Shown: positions 41,624 through 52,110, counted from the stretch's first letter. The stretch is DNA of 64,000 bases from an uncultured Methanolobus sp. (GCA_963675495.1 OY776215.1:1472001-1536000), one strand, 5' to 3'. The notes: generated from the letters alone by a model not told the origin. Numbers and translations are program-made.

Positions 41624-42280
41624 TCAAAGAATCAATACTTTTGTAGAAGGGGACTTTTGTGTGACCATATCTATGAATTCATCAGGGCTTGAGCCATCAA
41701 AAACATCCGGATCATAAACCATTGGCACCACATTCTTCGGAGAAAGCAGTGATAATGCATTAGCCGCCTTAACTTCATCCATAACATCATGACCACTAAT
41801 TGGCAAAAATGCAATATCAGGACTAGTTTGTTCCATTTCTGGAACCGCACATGTATGTCCTGCATGATATATCTTCAAACCTGCGAATACAAAGAAGTAG
41901 CCAACGCCATCCCCGGAAGAACTGCTTCCATCACAGGATTCATATGCAGGGACAACCTCGATGTCCACACCCTTAATATTTAGTTCCCCGACAAGGGAAT
42001 CGCCCCCAATGACCCTTCTTGCATCCCCCCTGAACTGTAAACTCATTTTCTCAGGAATTAAAGTGGTGCAGTCGAATTTACGGACGTTACGAATAGATTC
42101 CGGATCACAATGCCCGAAGTGTTCATGCGTGATAAGGAGTAAATCTGCCATATCTTCTTCAGGAACTCTCGCGGATATATTAGTCGGATCTATGTAAACA
42201 ACCATATCATTCCCTTTTATCATAAAACCAGAGTTACCCAACCATTTGATTAAAACGCCATCAATTATTATACTATTCAA
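41624..42280 (-). CDS. MBL-fold protein (UlaG-like, degenerate metal site)
   Basis: YIDP, ITHEHFGH, YHAGHT, LPISG; TTG start after GAGGTG. Confidence 0.78.
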   Translation of the reverse strand: MNSIIIDGVLIKWLGNSGFMIKGNDMVVYIDPTNISARVPEEDMADLLLITHEHFGHCDPESIRNVRKFDCTTLIPEKMSLQFRGDARRVIGGDSLVGELNIKGVDIEVVPAYESCDGSSSSGDGVGYFFVFAGLKIYHAGHTCAVPEMEQTSPDIAFLPISGHDVMDEVKAANALSLLSPKNVVPMVYDPDVFDGSSPDEFIDMVTQKSPSTKVLIL

Positions 42281-42458
42281 AATATCACACCTCAAATTAG
42301 TAAGCTAATACCTGAAATCTCATTTCTAAATACCAGATGACAACATAATAGGCATTAAAACTACTGAAAGAAACAAGAATACAAAGACAGGAAAAAGTAG
42401 TAGATATATAGAGGAATGGGAAAATGGAAAGTACACCAGAAAATCAGATGATGAGAAC

Positions 42459-43862
42459 ATGACAGATAAAAAGATCAATATACTTTGCTCAATTGTAGAC
42501 AGAGCCAGCCAGAATATAAAGGAGCATTTGCTTCTGAACGAACAATGGAAACAAGTCGATGAACTCCCTGATAATTGGGAAAATCTTGAATCCGTATATG
42601 AAAATCCAAATTATAGAATCATAGATATTAAAGAACATCATATCTATCAGGATAGAATCGATGAAAAAATGAAATCTTTTGGGTTTGAGACCGACTTAAT
42701 AATAGTAGCCTCAAAGCATAAGAGCAACGATGGAAGGTCAGTACTTACAGCGCATTTCACAGGAAACCCAAATGATGCAGATTTCGGAGGGAGGCCACGG
42801 GAACTGTCAATTCCTGCACCTCAAATTATGCGATCCATACTAAATAACATGGAACAAATGGCAAAAAGCACACATTATTCTATCAACATGGAGTCAACCC
42901 ATCATGGTCCAACTGATATAAGAACGCCAATGGTATACGCAGAGATCGGCAGCGCAGAAGAACAATGGGCAGACCCTGTTGCAGGAGATATTGCCGCAAA
43001 AGCCATACTAAAAGCACGCCCCGAAGAAGTACCTGTTGCCATTGGCCTTGGAGGAGGACACTATGCTTCAAGACAAACAGAGCTCATACTGGAAACAGAA
43101 GTAACATTCGGACATAATTTTCCAGATTACCAATTACCCTATGTAGACAAAAATATGCTTTTGCAAGCCTATGAAAAATCAAAAGCAAATTTCGTTTATT
43201 TTGACAGGAAATCAATGAGTTCCAAGGAAAGAGAAAGACTTTACGAAATCGTAGAAGAACTTGGATACATACACCTAAGAGAAAGTGAAATCAGAGAAAT
43301 AAAAAGGACTCCATGGAAACTTTTCATTAAGATTAAAAAAGTGTGCGATGAATTATGCCCGGAAGGAAAAATGAAGATCAATGGGCCCTCCAGAGAAGCA
43401 TTTGAAAACATATATGTATCCATCGAAAATGAGGAGGATGTAGAACTAGCCACATGTATGATCAATGAAGGACTTCTCAAGGAAAGCATGAATGCCGACA
43501 GGGATAAAACAATATTTGCGTTTGATCAATATGCCCCCATATATATTGAGAGGAAGAACGGGACGATATCAAATTACATACTGGGAATAGGCGAAGATAC
43601 TAAAACTGCTATGCAGAACGTCACAAATGAATGCATTAAAATACTAAAAGAGCATTATGAAATTAAATATATTCTTGATGAGAATATACTATACATAATA
43701 AGTAATAAATTCGATCCAAAAGCAGCAAAAGAATTTGGTATCTCTCCAGGACCACTGATGGGAGAACTGGCAAAAGGGAAATCTATTGTTGTGGAAGGAA
43801 GGACGATCGAGCCAGAAATGGTACACAAAAGGAAAATTAAGAAGATCCTACTGTCCAATTAG
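42459..43862 (+). CDS. dtdA: D-aminoacyl-tRNA deacylase (DTD2/GEK1) with long C-terminal extension
   Basis: ASKH, LTAHFTGN, ESTHHGPT, EIGS, GGGHYA. Confidence 0.9.
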   Translation: MTDKKINILCSIVDRASQNIKEHLLLNEQWKQVDELPDNWENLESVYENPNYRIIDIKEHHIYQDRIDEKMKSFGFETDLIIVASKHKSNDGRSVLTAHFTGNPNDADFGGRPRELSIPAPQIMRSILNNMEQMAKSTHYSINMESTHHGPTDIRTPMVYAEIGSAEEQWADPVAGDIAAKAILKARPEEVPVAIGLGGGHYASRQTELILETEVTFGHNFPDYQLPYVDKNMLLQAYEKSKANFVYFDRKSMSSKERERLYEIVEELGYIHLRESEIREIKRTPWKLFIKIKKVCDELCPEGKMKINGPSREAFENIYVSIENEEDVELATCMINEGLLKESMNADRDKTIFAFDQYAPIYIERKNGTISNYILGIGEDTKTAMQNVTNECIKILKEHYEIKYILDENILYIISNKFDPKAAKEFGISPGPLMGELAKGKSIVVEGRTIEPEMVHKRKIKKILLSN

Positions 43863-43919
43863 ATGTAAATGATCATACCTGTAATCCAATATACGATTTT
43901 CATTTGAGGGAGAAAAAGA

Positions 43920-45029
43920 ATGAGATCCATAGTAGAAGAGGCACTGGCAAGATCTGAACAGGAAGCACGCGTTCGCAGTTCAGACACTAACCCAATGCAA
44001 AAAGACATAGATGCAGAATTAGAGGAGATGTTACGCCAATTACACACCAATATAAAAGTAATTGGTTGTGGCGGTGGCGGTTCAAATAGTGCACAAAGAA
44101 TGGTAGAAGAAGGAATAAAGGGTGCAGAATTCATTGCTGTAAATACAGACGCACAACACCTCCTGACCATAAGAACAGACCAGAAGATCCTCATTGGCAA
44201 GAAAAAGACAAGAGGTCTTGGAGCAGGCAGTCTTCCTCAGATAGGAGAAGATGCAGCTCTTGAAAGTGTGGATGAGATTGCTGCAGTAGTCAGTGGTAGC
44301 GATATGGTATTCATTACATGCGGTCTTGGCGGAGGAACCGGGACTGGTTCAGCCCCAATTGTAGCCGAAGCTGCAAGAGATGCAGGAGCACTTACCATTG
44401 CAGTGGTGACTTTGCCATTCAGCGTCGAAGGACAGGTAAGAAGAACAAATGCAGAAGCAGGTCTTGAAAGATTAAGAGAGGTAGCGGATACCGTTATAGT
44501 CGTTCCAAATGACAAGCTTCTCGAAGTAGTTCCAAGACTTCCACTGGCGGCAGCTTTTAAAGTATCAGATGAAGTTCTGATGCGAGCAGTTAAAGGAATA
44601 ACCGAGCTCATCACAAAACCAGGACTTGTAAACCTTGACTTTGCAGATGTAAGAACTGTCATGCAGAATGGTGGTGTTGCCATGATAGGCCTTGGAGAAG
44701 CAGAGGGTGAACTAAAGGCTGTTGAATCCGTACAGAAGGCACTTCGTAGTCCACTTCTGGACGTAGACATATCAGGAGCAACATCCGCACTTGTCAATGT
44801 GATCGGAGGGCCTGACATGACAATTGCCGAAGCAGAGAGTGTTGTACAGGAAGTATATAGCAGAATTGATCCGGAAGCAAGGCTCATATGGGGAGCACAG
44901 GTCAATGACGAACTCGAGCATACCGTGCGCACCATGATTGTTGTGACAGGTGTCAAATCCCCCCAGATATATGGACACGGTGGAGCTAAAACAGTAACGA
45001 GAAAATACGGAATCGATTTCGTAAAATAG
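43920..45029 (+). CDS. ftsZ: Cell division protein FtsZ
   Basis: [29 protein letters not shown]. Confidence 0.97.
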   Translation: MRSIVEEALARSEQEARVRSSDTNPMQKDIDAELEEMLRQLHTNIKVIGCGGGGSNSAQRMVEEGIKGAEFIAVNTDAQHLLTIRTDQKILIGKKKTRGLGAGSLPQIGEDAALESVDEIAAVVSGSDMVFITCGLGGGTGTGSAPIVAEAARDAGALTIAVVTLPFSVEGQVRRTNAEAGLERLREVADTVIVVPNDKLLEVVPRLPLAAAFKVSDEVLMRAVKGITELITKPGLVNLDFADVRTVMQNGGVAMIGLGEAEGELKAVESVQKALRSPLLDVDISGATSALVNVIGGPDMTIAEAESVVQEVYSRIDPEARLIWGAQVNDELEHTVRTMIVVTGVKSPQIYGHGGAKTVTRKYGIDFVK

Positions 45030-45208
45030 AATTCTTTTTTTTAACAAATGCCTTTTGATCGGATTACATATTAGTACAATCCAATCGAAAGGTATTTTAT
45101 TAAAGACGTAGTGTAAATGGCGCTACATATAGCAGACAATAAGTTCTGATATAGTTAACATGAAATATACACAGGCATATTATCGATCATAACCGGTTGT
45201 GAAGAACT

Positions 45209-45421
45209 TTGGCAGAAGATTCATTTGATCTAAGTAAAATCAATAGCACTAGCATAAACCAATCCTTGAAAACATATTTAAGGGTCCTCAAACTTACAAA
45301 GAAACCATCCAGAGAGGAATTTCTAACCATAGCTAAGGTTGCTGGGCTTGGAATTCTTGCAATTGGGGTTGTCGGGTTCCTTATATATGTGTTATTGGTA
45401 GAGATGCCGCAATGGGTGTAA
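45209..45421 (+). CDS. secE: Protein translocase SecE/Sec61-gamma
   Basis: RVLKLTKKPSREEF + TM. Confidence 0.93.
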   Translation: MAEDSFDLSKINSTSINQSLKTYLRVLKLTKKPSREEFLTIAKVAGLGILAIGVVGFLIYVLLVEMPQWV

Positions 45422-45423
45422 TC

Positions 45424-45891
45424 ATGACCACTGAGTCTGTGATATTCGTAGTAAAGACAACTGCGAATCAGGAACGTTCGGTCGCAAATATGATAACACA
45501 GGTTGCAAGGAAAGAACACCTGGACATCAGAGCAATCCTTGCCCCTGATGAACTGAAAGGATATGTGCTTATAGAGGGAACTAACCCTGGAGATGTCGAG
45601 CAGGCCATACAGACTGTACCCCATGCCAGGGCATTAGTAAAAGGACAATCCTCTATAGAAGAAATATCACATTTCCTTACACCAAAACCAACGGTGACCG
45701 GAATATCAGAAGGTGCGATAATCGAGATCACGTCAGGCCCATTCAAGGGTGAAAAAGCTCGCGTGAAGAGGGTCGACGAAGGTCATGAGGAAATAACTGT
45801 AGAGTTGTTCGATGCAGTTGTACCGATACCTATAACTATTCGCGGAGATACTGTAAGAGTCCTCAGGAAAGATGAAGAAAGAAATTCCTGA
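45424..45891 (+). CDS. spt5: Transcription elongation factor Spt5
   Basis: KTTANQE, KGYVLIE, KOW GPFKGE. Confidence 0.95.
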   Translation: MTTESVIFVVKTTANQERSVANMITQVARKEHLDIRAILAPDELKGYVLIEGTNPGDVEQAIQTVPHARALVKGQSSIEEISHFLTPKPTVTGISEGAIIEITSGPFKGEKARVKRVDEGHEEITVELFDAVVPIPITIRGDTVRVLRKDEERNS

Positions 45892-45926
45892 TATTAATAT
45901 TTATTCAATTCAATGGTGATATTCAA

Positions 45927-46412
45927 ATGGCAAATGTTGTTGAAGCATTGGTCCCAGGAGGAAAAGCAAACCCAGGACCTCCACTTGGTCCAGCCTTGGG
46001 TCCTCTTGGAATTAACATAAAAGACGTGATCGACAAGATCAACGAGAAGACAAAAGATTACAATGGGATGCAAGTCCCTGTAAAAGTAATAGTTGCAGAC
46101 GATAAGAGTTTTGAGATAGAAGTCGGAACTCCGCCAACGTCAGCACTTATACTCCAGGAAGTCGGAATCCAAAAAGGATCAGGAGAACCAAACACAGTGA
46201 TCGTAGGAGATCTTACGATTCCCCAGGCAGCAAAAGTTGCTCGCATGAAAAAGGATGATATCCTTTCATACGACTTGAAAGCTGCTGTGAAAGAAGTGCT
46301 TGGATCCTGCGTCCCAATGGGAATTACAGCTGAAGGTATGCCTCCAAAGGAATGCCAGAAAGCTATCGACGATGGGAAATATGACGATGTGCTGGCACAG
46401 GAAGCATGGTAA
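45927..46412 (+). CDS. rpl11: 50S ribosomal protein L11 (uL11)
   Basis: GGKANPGPPLGPALGPLG. Confidence 0.96.
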   Translation: MANVVEALVPGGKANPGPPLGPALGPLGINIKDVIDKINEKTKDYNGMQVPVKVIVADDKSFEIEVGTPPTSALILQEVGIQKGSGEPNTVIVGDLTIPQAAKVARMKKDDILSYDLKAAVKEVLGSCVPMGITAEGMPPKECQKAIDDGKYDDVLAQEAW

Positions 46413-46515
46413 ATTCCATGCTTTAACCAATAAGTTTAAAATAAATATATAATATTGGTGTGCCCACTATCAGAGAAAGAGTAAAGATCCCTAAGATCTA
46501 AGACTCTAAACACAG

Positions 46516-46570
46516 CCGTAGTAGACCGAAGCGGTCCTGCCTGAACATTATGTTCGACACTACGGGAGGT
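46516..46570 (+). promoter_or_regulatory. rpl1 5' leader structure, candidate L1 translational operator
   Basis: CCGTAGT/ACTACGG closing stem next to SD, two internal hairpins; mimics 23S at 17040-17096. Confidence 0.7.
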
Positions 46571-46575
46571 AAAGA

Positions 46576-47217
46576 ATGGCAGATGAAAGCGTAATAGAAG
46601 CTATAGAAAAGTTATTAGCGGAGTCACCTGAGAGAAAATTCTCAGAAAGTATTGATTTGGCTATAAACTTAAAGAATCTGGACATGAGTCAGCCTAAAAA
46701 CCGTGTTGATGAAGAAATATTACTTCCACACGGTCTTGGAAAAGACCTTAAGATCGCAGTCTTTGCGAAAGGTGAGGTTGGACTCCAGGCTAAAGAAGCT
46801 GGCGCAGAATATGTCTTTTCCGAAGAAGAACTCGCTGAGATCGGAGGAGACAAATCACGTGCAAGAACACTTGCAAACGAATGTGATTTTTTCGTTGCAG
46901 AAGTCCAGTACATGGCACAGATCGGTAAAAATCTTGGTGCAATTTTAGGTCCAAGAGGAAAGATGCCAACTCCATTGCCACCAGGAAAGAACGTGGCAGA
47001 TCTTATCAACAGTGCAAGAAGCTCAATAAGAGTAAGATCAAAGGATAAGCTCACATTCCACGTATCTGTTGGCCGCAGGGACATGGAAATCCAGAAACTA
47101 GCAGGTAACATTGAAACAGTTCTTTCAAGAGTTGAACATTCACTCGAAAAAGGCAAGCATAATATTAAAGCTATTTATGTTACATCCACAATGGGTAAAT
47201 CAGTGAGGGTGCTATAA
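46576..47217 (+). CDS. rpl1: 50S ribosomal protein L1 (uL1)
   Basis: RKFSESIDLAINLK, LGPRGKMP, STMG. Confidence 0.96.
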   Translation: MADESVIEAIEKLLAESPERKFSESIDLAINLKNLDMSQPKNRVDEEILLPHGLGKDLKIAVFAKGEVGLQAKEAGAEYVFSEEELAEIGGDKSRARTLANECDFFVAEVQYMAQIGKNLGAILGPRGKMPTPLPPGKNVADLINSARSSIRVRSKDKLTFHVSVGRRDMEIQKLAGNIETVLSRVEHSLEKGKHNIKAIYVTSTMGKSVRVL

Positions 47218-48239
47218 TGGAAGAAGACCACCATACAAGCCACATCCCACAGTGGAAGAAAGATGAAGTTGAGGAAATAAAGAAACTCATCAAACAATAC
47301 CCGATATTTGGTGTCGTAGGTATTGGAGGAATTCCTGCAAAGCAACTTCAAAAAATGAGAAGGGACCTTAAAGACAGTGCTGTTTTGAAAGTCTCCAGGA
47401 ACACCCTGATCAGAAGAGCACTCGAAGAGTCCGGTGAAGTAAAGGAAATGGATCAGTACGTTGATGTACAGACCGCCCTCATATTTACCGAACAGAACCC
47501 TTTCAAGTTATACAAATCACTTGAAAAGAGCAAAAGCCCTTCCCCTATCAAAGCAGGTGCAATTGCACCACGCGATATCATCGTCGAAAAGGGACCAACA
47601 TCATTCCCACCTGGCCCAATCCTTGGAGAGATGCAGGCTGCAGGAATACCTGCGGCGATCGACAAGGGTTCAGTTGTAATAAAAGAAACAAAAACCGTTG
47701 CAAAGGAAGGAGAAGCAGTTTCTCAGAAACTTGCATCAATGCTTACAAGACTTGAGATCTACCCAACGGAAGTAGGCCTTGACTTGAGGGCAGTTCTTGA
47801 AAACGGTTTGTCTTTTACACCAGATGTACTGGCTATTGACGAAGATAAATACTTCTCAGATATCGTGCTGGCAACACAGCAGGCATTCAACATGTCAGTG
47901 TTCGCAGCATACCCAACTTCAGACAACATAAAGACACTCATTGCAAAGGCAGCAACAGAGTCACGCAACCTCGGTGTCAATGCAGTTGTTCTGGAACCAG
48001 GAGTAATCGACGCATTGCTTGGAAAAGCGCAGTCACAAATGCTTTCAGTTGCATCAGCAGCTTCTGCTAATAATGAAGAAGCAATGGATGATGAACTGAA
48101 GGAAGCACTTGGTGCAGCCGCATCAGCAGCAGTAGTCACAACAGCACCTGAAGAGGAAGTTGTTGAAGAGAAGGAAGAGGAAGAAGAAGAGGCAGCAGAA
48201 GAGGACGGCATGGCCGGTCTTGGAGCACTTTTCGGATGA
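47217..48239 (+). CDS. rpl10: 50S ribosomal protein L10 (P0, uL10)
   Basis: IPQWK, SRNTL, GPTSFPPGP, C-terminal GLGALFG. Confidence 0.96.
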   Translation: MEEDHHTSHIPQWKKDEVEEIKKLIKQYPIFGVVGIGGIPAKQLQKMRRDLKDSAVLKVSRNTLIRRALEESGEVKEMDQYVDVQTALIFTEQNPFKLYKSLEKSKSPSPIKAGAIAPRDIIVEKGPTSFPPGPILGEMQAAGIPAAIDKGSVVIKETKTVAKEGEAVSQKLASMLTRLEIYPTEVGLDLRAVLENGLSFTPDVLAIDEDKYFSDIVLATQQAFNMSVFAAYPTSDNIKTLIAKAATESRNLGVNAVVLEPGVIDALLGKAQSQMLSVASAASANNEEAMDDELKEALGAAASAAVVTTAPEEEVVEEKEEEEEEAAEEDGMAGLGALFG

Positions 48240-48293
48240 TCAGGATTTACAAACTACAATATTTACATTTGATAAAATAAAAGGTGATATTAC

Positions 48294-48602
48294 ATGGAAT
48301 ACATATATGCAGCACTTTTACTGTTTAAAGCAGGTAAAGACGTAACAGAAGAAGCAGTTACTGCCGTACTTCAGGCAGCAGGCGTAGAAGTCAATGATGC
48401 ACGTGCAAAAGCACTTGTCGCAGCTCTGGATGGCGTAGACATCGAAGAAGCAATGGCAACCGCAGCAGTCGCAGCAGCACCAGCAGCAAGTGCAGCACCA
48501 GCAGCAGCAGCAGCTCCTGCAGAAGAAGAAGCTCCTGCAGAAGAAGAAGCAGAAGAAGCAGAAGAGAGCGGCATGGCCGGTCTTGGAGCACTTTTCGGAT
48601 AA
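48294..48602 (+). CDS. rpl12: Stalk protein L12 (aP1)
   Basis: [10 protein letters not shown], Ala-rich hinge, GLGALFG. Confidence 0.96.
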   Translation: MEYIYAALLLFKAGKDVTEEAVTAVLQAAGVEVNDARAKALVAALDGVDIEEAMATAAVAAAPAASAAPAAAAAPAEEEAPAEEEAEEAEESGMAGLGALFG

Positions 48603-48612
48603 ATATAGATAT

Positions 48613-48646
48613 TGTCCGCCACCTAGGCGGACACACCTTCTTTTTT
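48613..48646 (+). terminator. Ribosomal protein operon terminator
   Basis: TGTCCGCC-ACCTA-GGCGGACA then CTTCTTTTTT. Confidence 0.7.
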
Positions 48647-49283
48647 AATCAGCTTTTTTGAAAAGCTGGCACTTAACATAAGATTTTAAGTAAACCTCTT
48701 TTTCAAGAAGAAGCTTGTTATCCCCACAAATATCAGGGTAATGATTATTCCAGCTATCAGCATTTTCCTTGAACATAAAAAAAGGAAGCATCATTACAGT
48801 ATCCACCCCAACAAGCGGTTTTGCGCAATCCACAATTGCAAAATGGGCATTGTTCTTCAATACACGAGATACTTCCTTGATTGCACCCTTACGTACATCA
48901 GCAGTAGTTTCACAAAAAGCCACTGAAGTCACAACGATGTCAAATACTTCGTTTGTAAATGGCAGCATATCCATAGAACCTTTATAGAGATTCAGAGGTA
49001 CACCTGCGTTCTCCGCTTTATCAATTGCATACCCTAACTGCACACTGGAAAGATCCAGACCATGCACTTCTATATCCCCATCCATAAGCTGTGAGATTGC
49101 AATACCCACGGACTCCGTCCCACACCCTAGATCAAGTACAGAAATTCCCTTCTTCAGAGGAAGAGCAGATGCTACCTGCTCATAATAAGAGTGTCCAAAA
49201 CCAAGAATTGTAGCAAAAAAATCGTAGTGTTTTCCCCCAAAGAACCAACCGAAATTATTTCCTTTTTTATGATTGATCTCCAA
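48645..49283 (-). CDS. Class I SAM-dependent methyltransferase (UbiE/Coq5-like)
   Basis: VLDLGCGT, GLDLS, LPF.NEVFDIV, EVSRVLK. Confidence 0.85.
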   Translation of the reverse strand: MEINHKKGNNFGWFFGGKHYDFFATILGFGHSYYEQVASALPLKKGISVLDLGCGTESVGIAISQLMDGDIEVHGLDLSSVQLGYAIDKAENAGVPLNLYKGSMDMLPFTNEVFDIVVTSVAFCETTADVRKGAIKEVSRVLKNNAHFAIVDCAKPLVGVDTVMMLPFFMFKENADSWNNHYPDICGDNKLLLEKEVYLKSYVKCQLFKKAD

Positions 49284-49382
49284 ACCCCCCGGTTTAAGAC
49301 ATTAGTAGATTCAGCATACTTATTTTACGAAAATGGCTGTCAATAATAATTTTTTAATTAACAAATTACCATTAAACGCATT

Positions 49383-51014
49383 CTAAGACCTCTTCAGGAA
49401 CATCACCCCGAAGAGAAAGATTGCACTGGTGAAACCTAAAACACCCATCGTTGGCAGATAACCTTCACCATTTACAGCCAGATATGAAGACGATATAAGG
49501 ATAGACAGCAGGAAAACGTACTTCGTGATAGAATCTATGGTCCTGTACTTTCTTATATCATCTGTCTTCTTTTCAAACCTTTCTATCCGGTAACCCCTGA
49601 TAGTTTCAATAACATCATTTACACCCTCAGGAAGATTCTTCACTATCTCCAGATACCTGTCTCCTTCAAGTTGTAAGTATTCGAATGCCTCGAAAGGTGA
49701 ATAACGCTTGATCAAAACCCTGGTGATAACTGGTTTTGCATTTTCAAGCAGATTGAATCTGGGATCGAGTTCAAGACAGTTAGCCTCTATAAGAATCAAG
49801 GCCCTTTCAAGCGTTGAGAACTCACTTGGAAGAGACAAATTATAGTTCAATGCCAGAGTCGCGTAATTATCACTCTGTCTTTCACCGGCCGAGTAGTTCT
49901 GTTTTGATATTATATCATCAAGGTCTATCTTAAAGCGACGGACATCGATGTCTTCCTTATTGATACCGGTTATTTTCAAAAATGACTCGAAAACAACATC
50001 AACCCTTTTCTTGTAAATGCCATAGAAAAGATTCAGCATGTTACGACGCAATGCATCATCGATATTACCTACTGCTCCAAAGTCTATGTAGGCAATACCA
50101 TCTTCCTGAATTATTATATTGGAACTATGAGGATCGGCATGGTAGAAACCATCAAGGTAGACCTGTTTCAGATAACTGGTACTAATTATCTTTGCATACC
50201 ACATTTTCTTATCGGCAGATACCTCTGAAAGCTTTCTGATGGTGACACCTTCCATGTAATCCATGACCAGAACATTCTCACTGGAATAATCATCATAGAC
50301 ATTCGGGACATGCACCTCTTTTACATCTGCAAAGTTCTCCTGGAAACGTTTGATGTTCCTTGCTTCATTGCTAAGGTCAAGCTCACGATTCAGCAGGTCC
50401 CTGAATTCATAAAGGAACGCATCTATATCGAAATTACTCCCAAGACCAATGGCCTTTACGATAATAGATTTCAGGTCATTGAGTATAGCAAGGTCAAGGT
50501 TGATAGTGTCTATCAGATTTGGTCTCGTTATCTTTACAGCAACTTTCTTTCCGTCAAGCACAGCTTCATAGACCTGGGCAATTGAAGCACATGCCAGTGG
50601 TTCGGTGTTGAATTCATCGAATATCTCAAGTATATCGAAGTCTGATTTTTCAAGACCTTCAGATGATTCATTCTCCCCAATACTACAGCTGAACCCTTCG
50701 AATGCCACTTTCATCACATCAAATTCTAGTGGATTAACATTGTCCTGAAGGTTTCCAAGCTCCTCAATATAGATGCCAGGAACGATATCCGGTCTTTTGC
50801 TCAATATCTGTCCGAGTTTTATGAATGTAGGTCCGAGCTCTTCCAGGGCTTTCCTGAGTTTCACTGCTTTTTCCCTGTTTTTAATATCCACACCGCAAGG
50901 AGTTCTCCTGTTAGAAACATAATATTTATTGACCTCACTGTATAGAAGACTGAATAGGTTATACTTTGAAAATACCCTGAAAATAGTAATGTATCTGTGG
51001 ATTTTCCTGAACAT
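49383..51014 (-). CDS. ABC1/UbiB/AarF atypical kinase
   Basis: LGPTFIKLGQ (KxGQ), ACASIAQV, VAVK, HADPH, IDFG, two C-terminal TMs. Confidence 0.92.
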   Translation of the reverse strand: MFRKIHRYITIFRVFSKYNLFSLLYSEVNKYYVSNRRTPCGVDIKNREKAVKLRKALEELGPTFIKLGQILSKRPDIVPGIYIEELGNLQDNVNPLEFDVMKVAFEGFSCSIGENESSEGLEKSDFDILEIFDEFNTEPLACASIAQVYEAVLDGKKVAVKITRPNLIDTINLDLAILNDLKSIIVKAIGLGSNFDIDAFLYEFRDLLNRELDLSNEARNIKRFQENFADVKEVHVPNVYDDYSSENVLVMDYMEGVTIRKLSEVSADKKMWYAKIISTSYLKQVYLDGFYHADPHSSNIIIQEDGIAYIDFGAVGNIDDALRRNMLNLFYGIYKKRVDVVFESFLKITGINKEDIDVRRFKIDLDDIISKQNYSAGERQSDNYATLALNYNLSLPSEFSTLERALILIEANCLELDPRFNLLENAKPVITRVLIKRYSPFEAFEYLQLEGDRYLEIVKNLPEGVNDVIETIRGYRIERFEKKTDDIRKYRTIDSITKYVFLLSILISSSYLAVNGEGYLPTMGVLGFTSAIFLFGVMFLKRS

Positions 51015-51252
51015 CAGTACTATGTTTGTCCTGTTAGTAGATATAGATTGGTGTCATTCTAATAATTCTTCTTTTCATGTAGTAGCAAGATGATTTATTA
51101 TTCCAAAAAATCAACAAATCCCGTGAAATAAAAAAATATGCAAGTTTGGTAACACTAAACAAGTATTTATAACAGGATTCTTATGTAGAATGAAAACTTT
51201 CCCTGTCAAAAACAGGCTTTTTGGCCGGTTGTAAAATCAGCGTGTGACTATA

Positions 51253-52098
51253 ATGACTGAAAAACCTATCGTCCAGCTAAAAGGAGTATCCTATTTCTAC
51301 GCAAGCAGCAAGACAAAAGCTCTTAATGACATTGATCTTGATATTTATCCCGGAAAAAAGATAGCCATCCTTGGAGCAAACGGAGCAGGCAAATCAACAA
51401 TTTTCAAACATCTCAATGGCATACTCAAGCCTACATCCGGTGAGGTGCTTGTGAAAGGAGAGCCCATTTCGAAGAAAAACATTAGAAGCGTCCGTCAGAC
51501 TGTAGGAATCGTATTTCAGAACCCCGATGACCAGATACTTGCACCTACCATTGAGCAGGACGTGGCATTCGGCCCCATAAACATGGGACTTGACGAAGAA
51601 GAGGTTGAAAGAAGAGTAAAGAAAGCACTTGAACTTGTAAACCTTTCCGGGTTCGAAGAACGTTCACCACACCATCTCAGCGGAGGACAGAAAAAACTCG
51701 TCGCCATTGCAGGAGTACTGGCAATGCAGCCGGAAGTGGTCGTACTGGATGAGCCAACCGCCGGATTAGACCCTTTAAGCGCTGAGAATATAATGAAAAT
51801 CATAGACGGCATGAATAAGAAATTCGGGATAACAGTCATCCTTTCAACCCATGACGTTGACATAGTTCCTCTTTTTGCAGATATCGTATACATCATGCAC
51901 CACGGAAGAATAGAAGCCAGTGGTACTGCCAGGGAAATATTCAAAAACCATGAAGTACTCGAAAATGCGCACTTAAGGATGCCAAGAATAGCAGAAGTAT
52001 TCGAACTATTGCAGGAATCCGGGCTGGACGCAGACATAAAGATAACACCCCGGGATGCCAGGGATGAGATCATACGACTGGTAGAAAATAATAACTAG
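51253..52098 (+). CDS. cbiO: ECF transporter ATPase (CbiO/NikO)
   Basis: GANGAGKST, FQNPDDQ, LSGGQKK, LDEPT. Confidence 0.9.
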   Translation: MTEKPIVQLKGVSYFYASSKTKALNDIDLDIYPGKKIAILGANGAGKSTIFKHLNGILKPTSGEVLVKGEPISKKNIRSVRQTVGIVFQNPDDQILAPTIEQDVAFGPINMGLDEEEVERRVKKALELVNLSGFEERSPHHLSGGQKKLVAIAGVLAMQPEVVVLDEPTAGLDPLSAENIMKIIDGMNKKFGITVILSTHDVDIVPLFADIVYIMHHGRIEASGTAREIFKNHEVLENAHLRMPRIAEVFELLQESGLDADIKITPRDARDEIIRLVENNN

Positions 52099-52110
52099 AA
52101 AGGTCCACCC

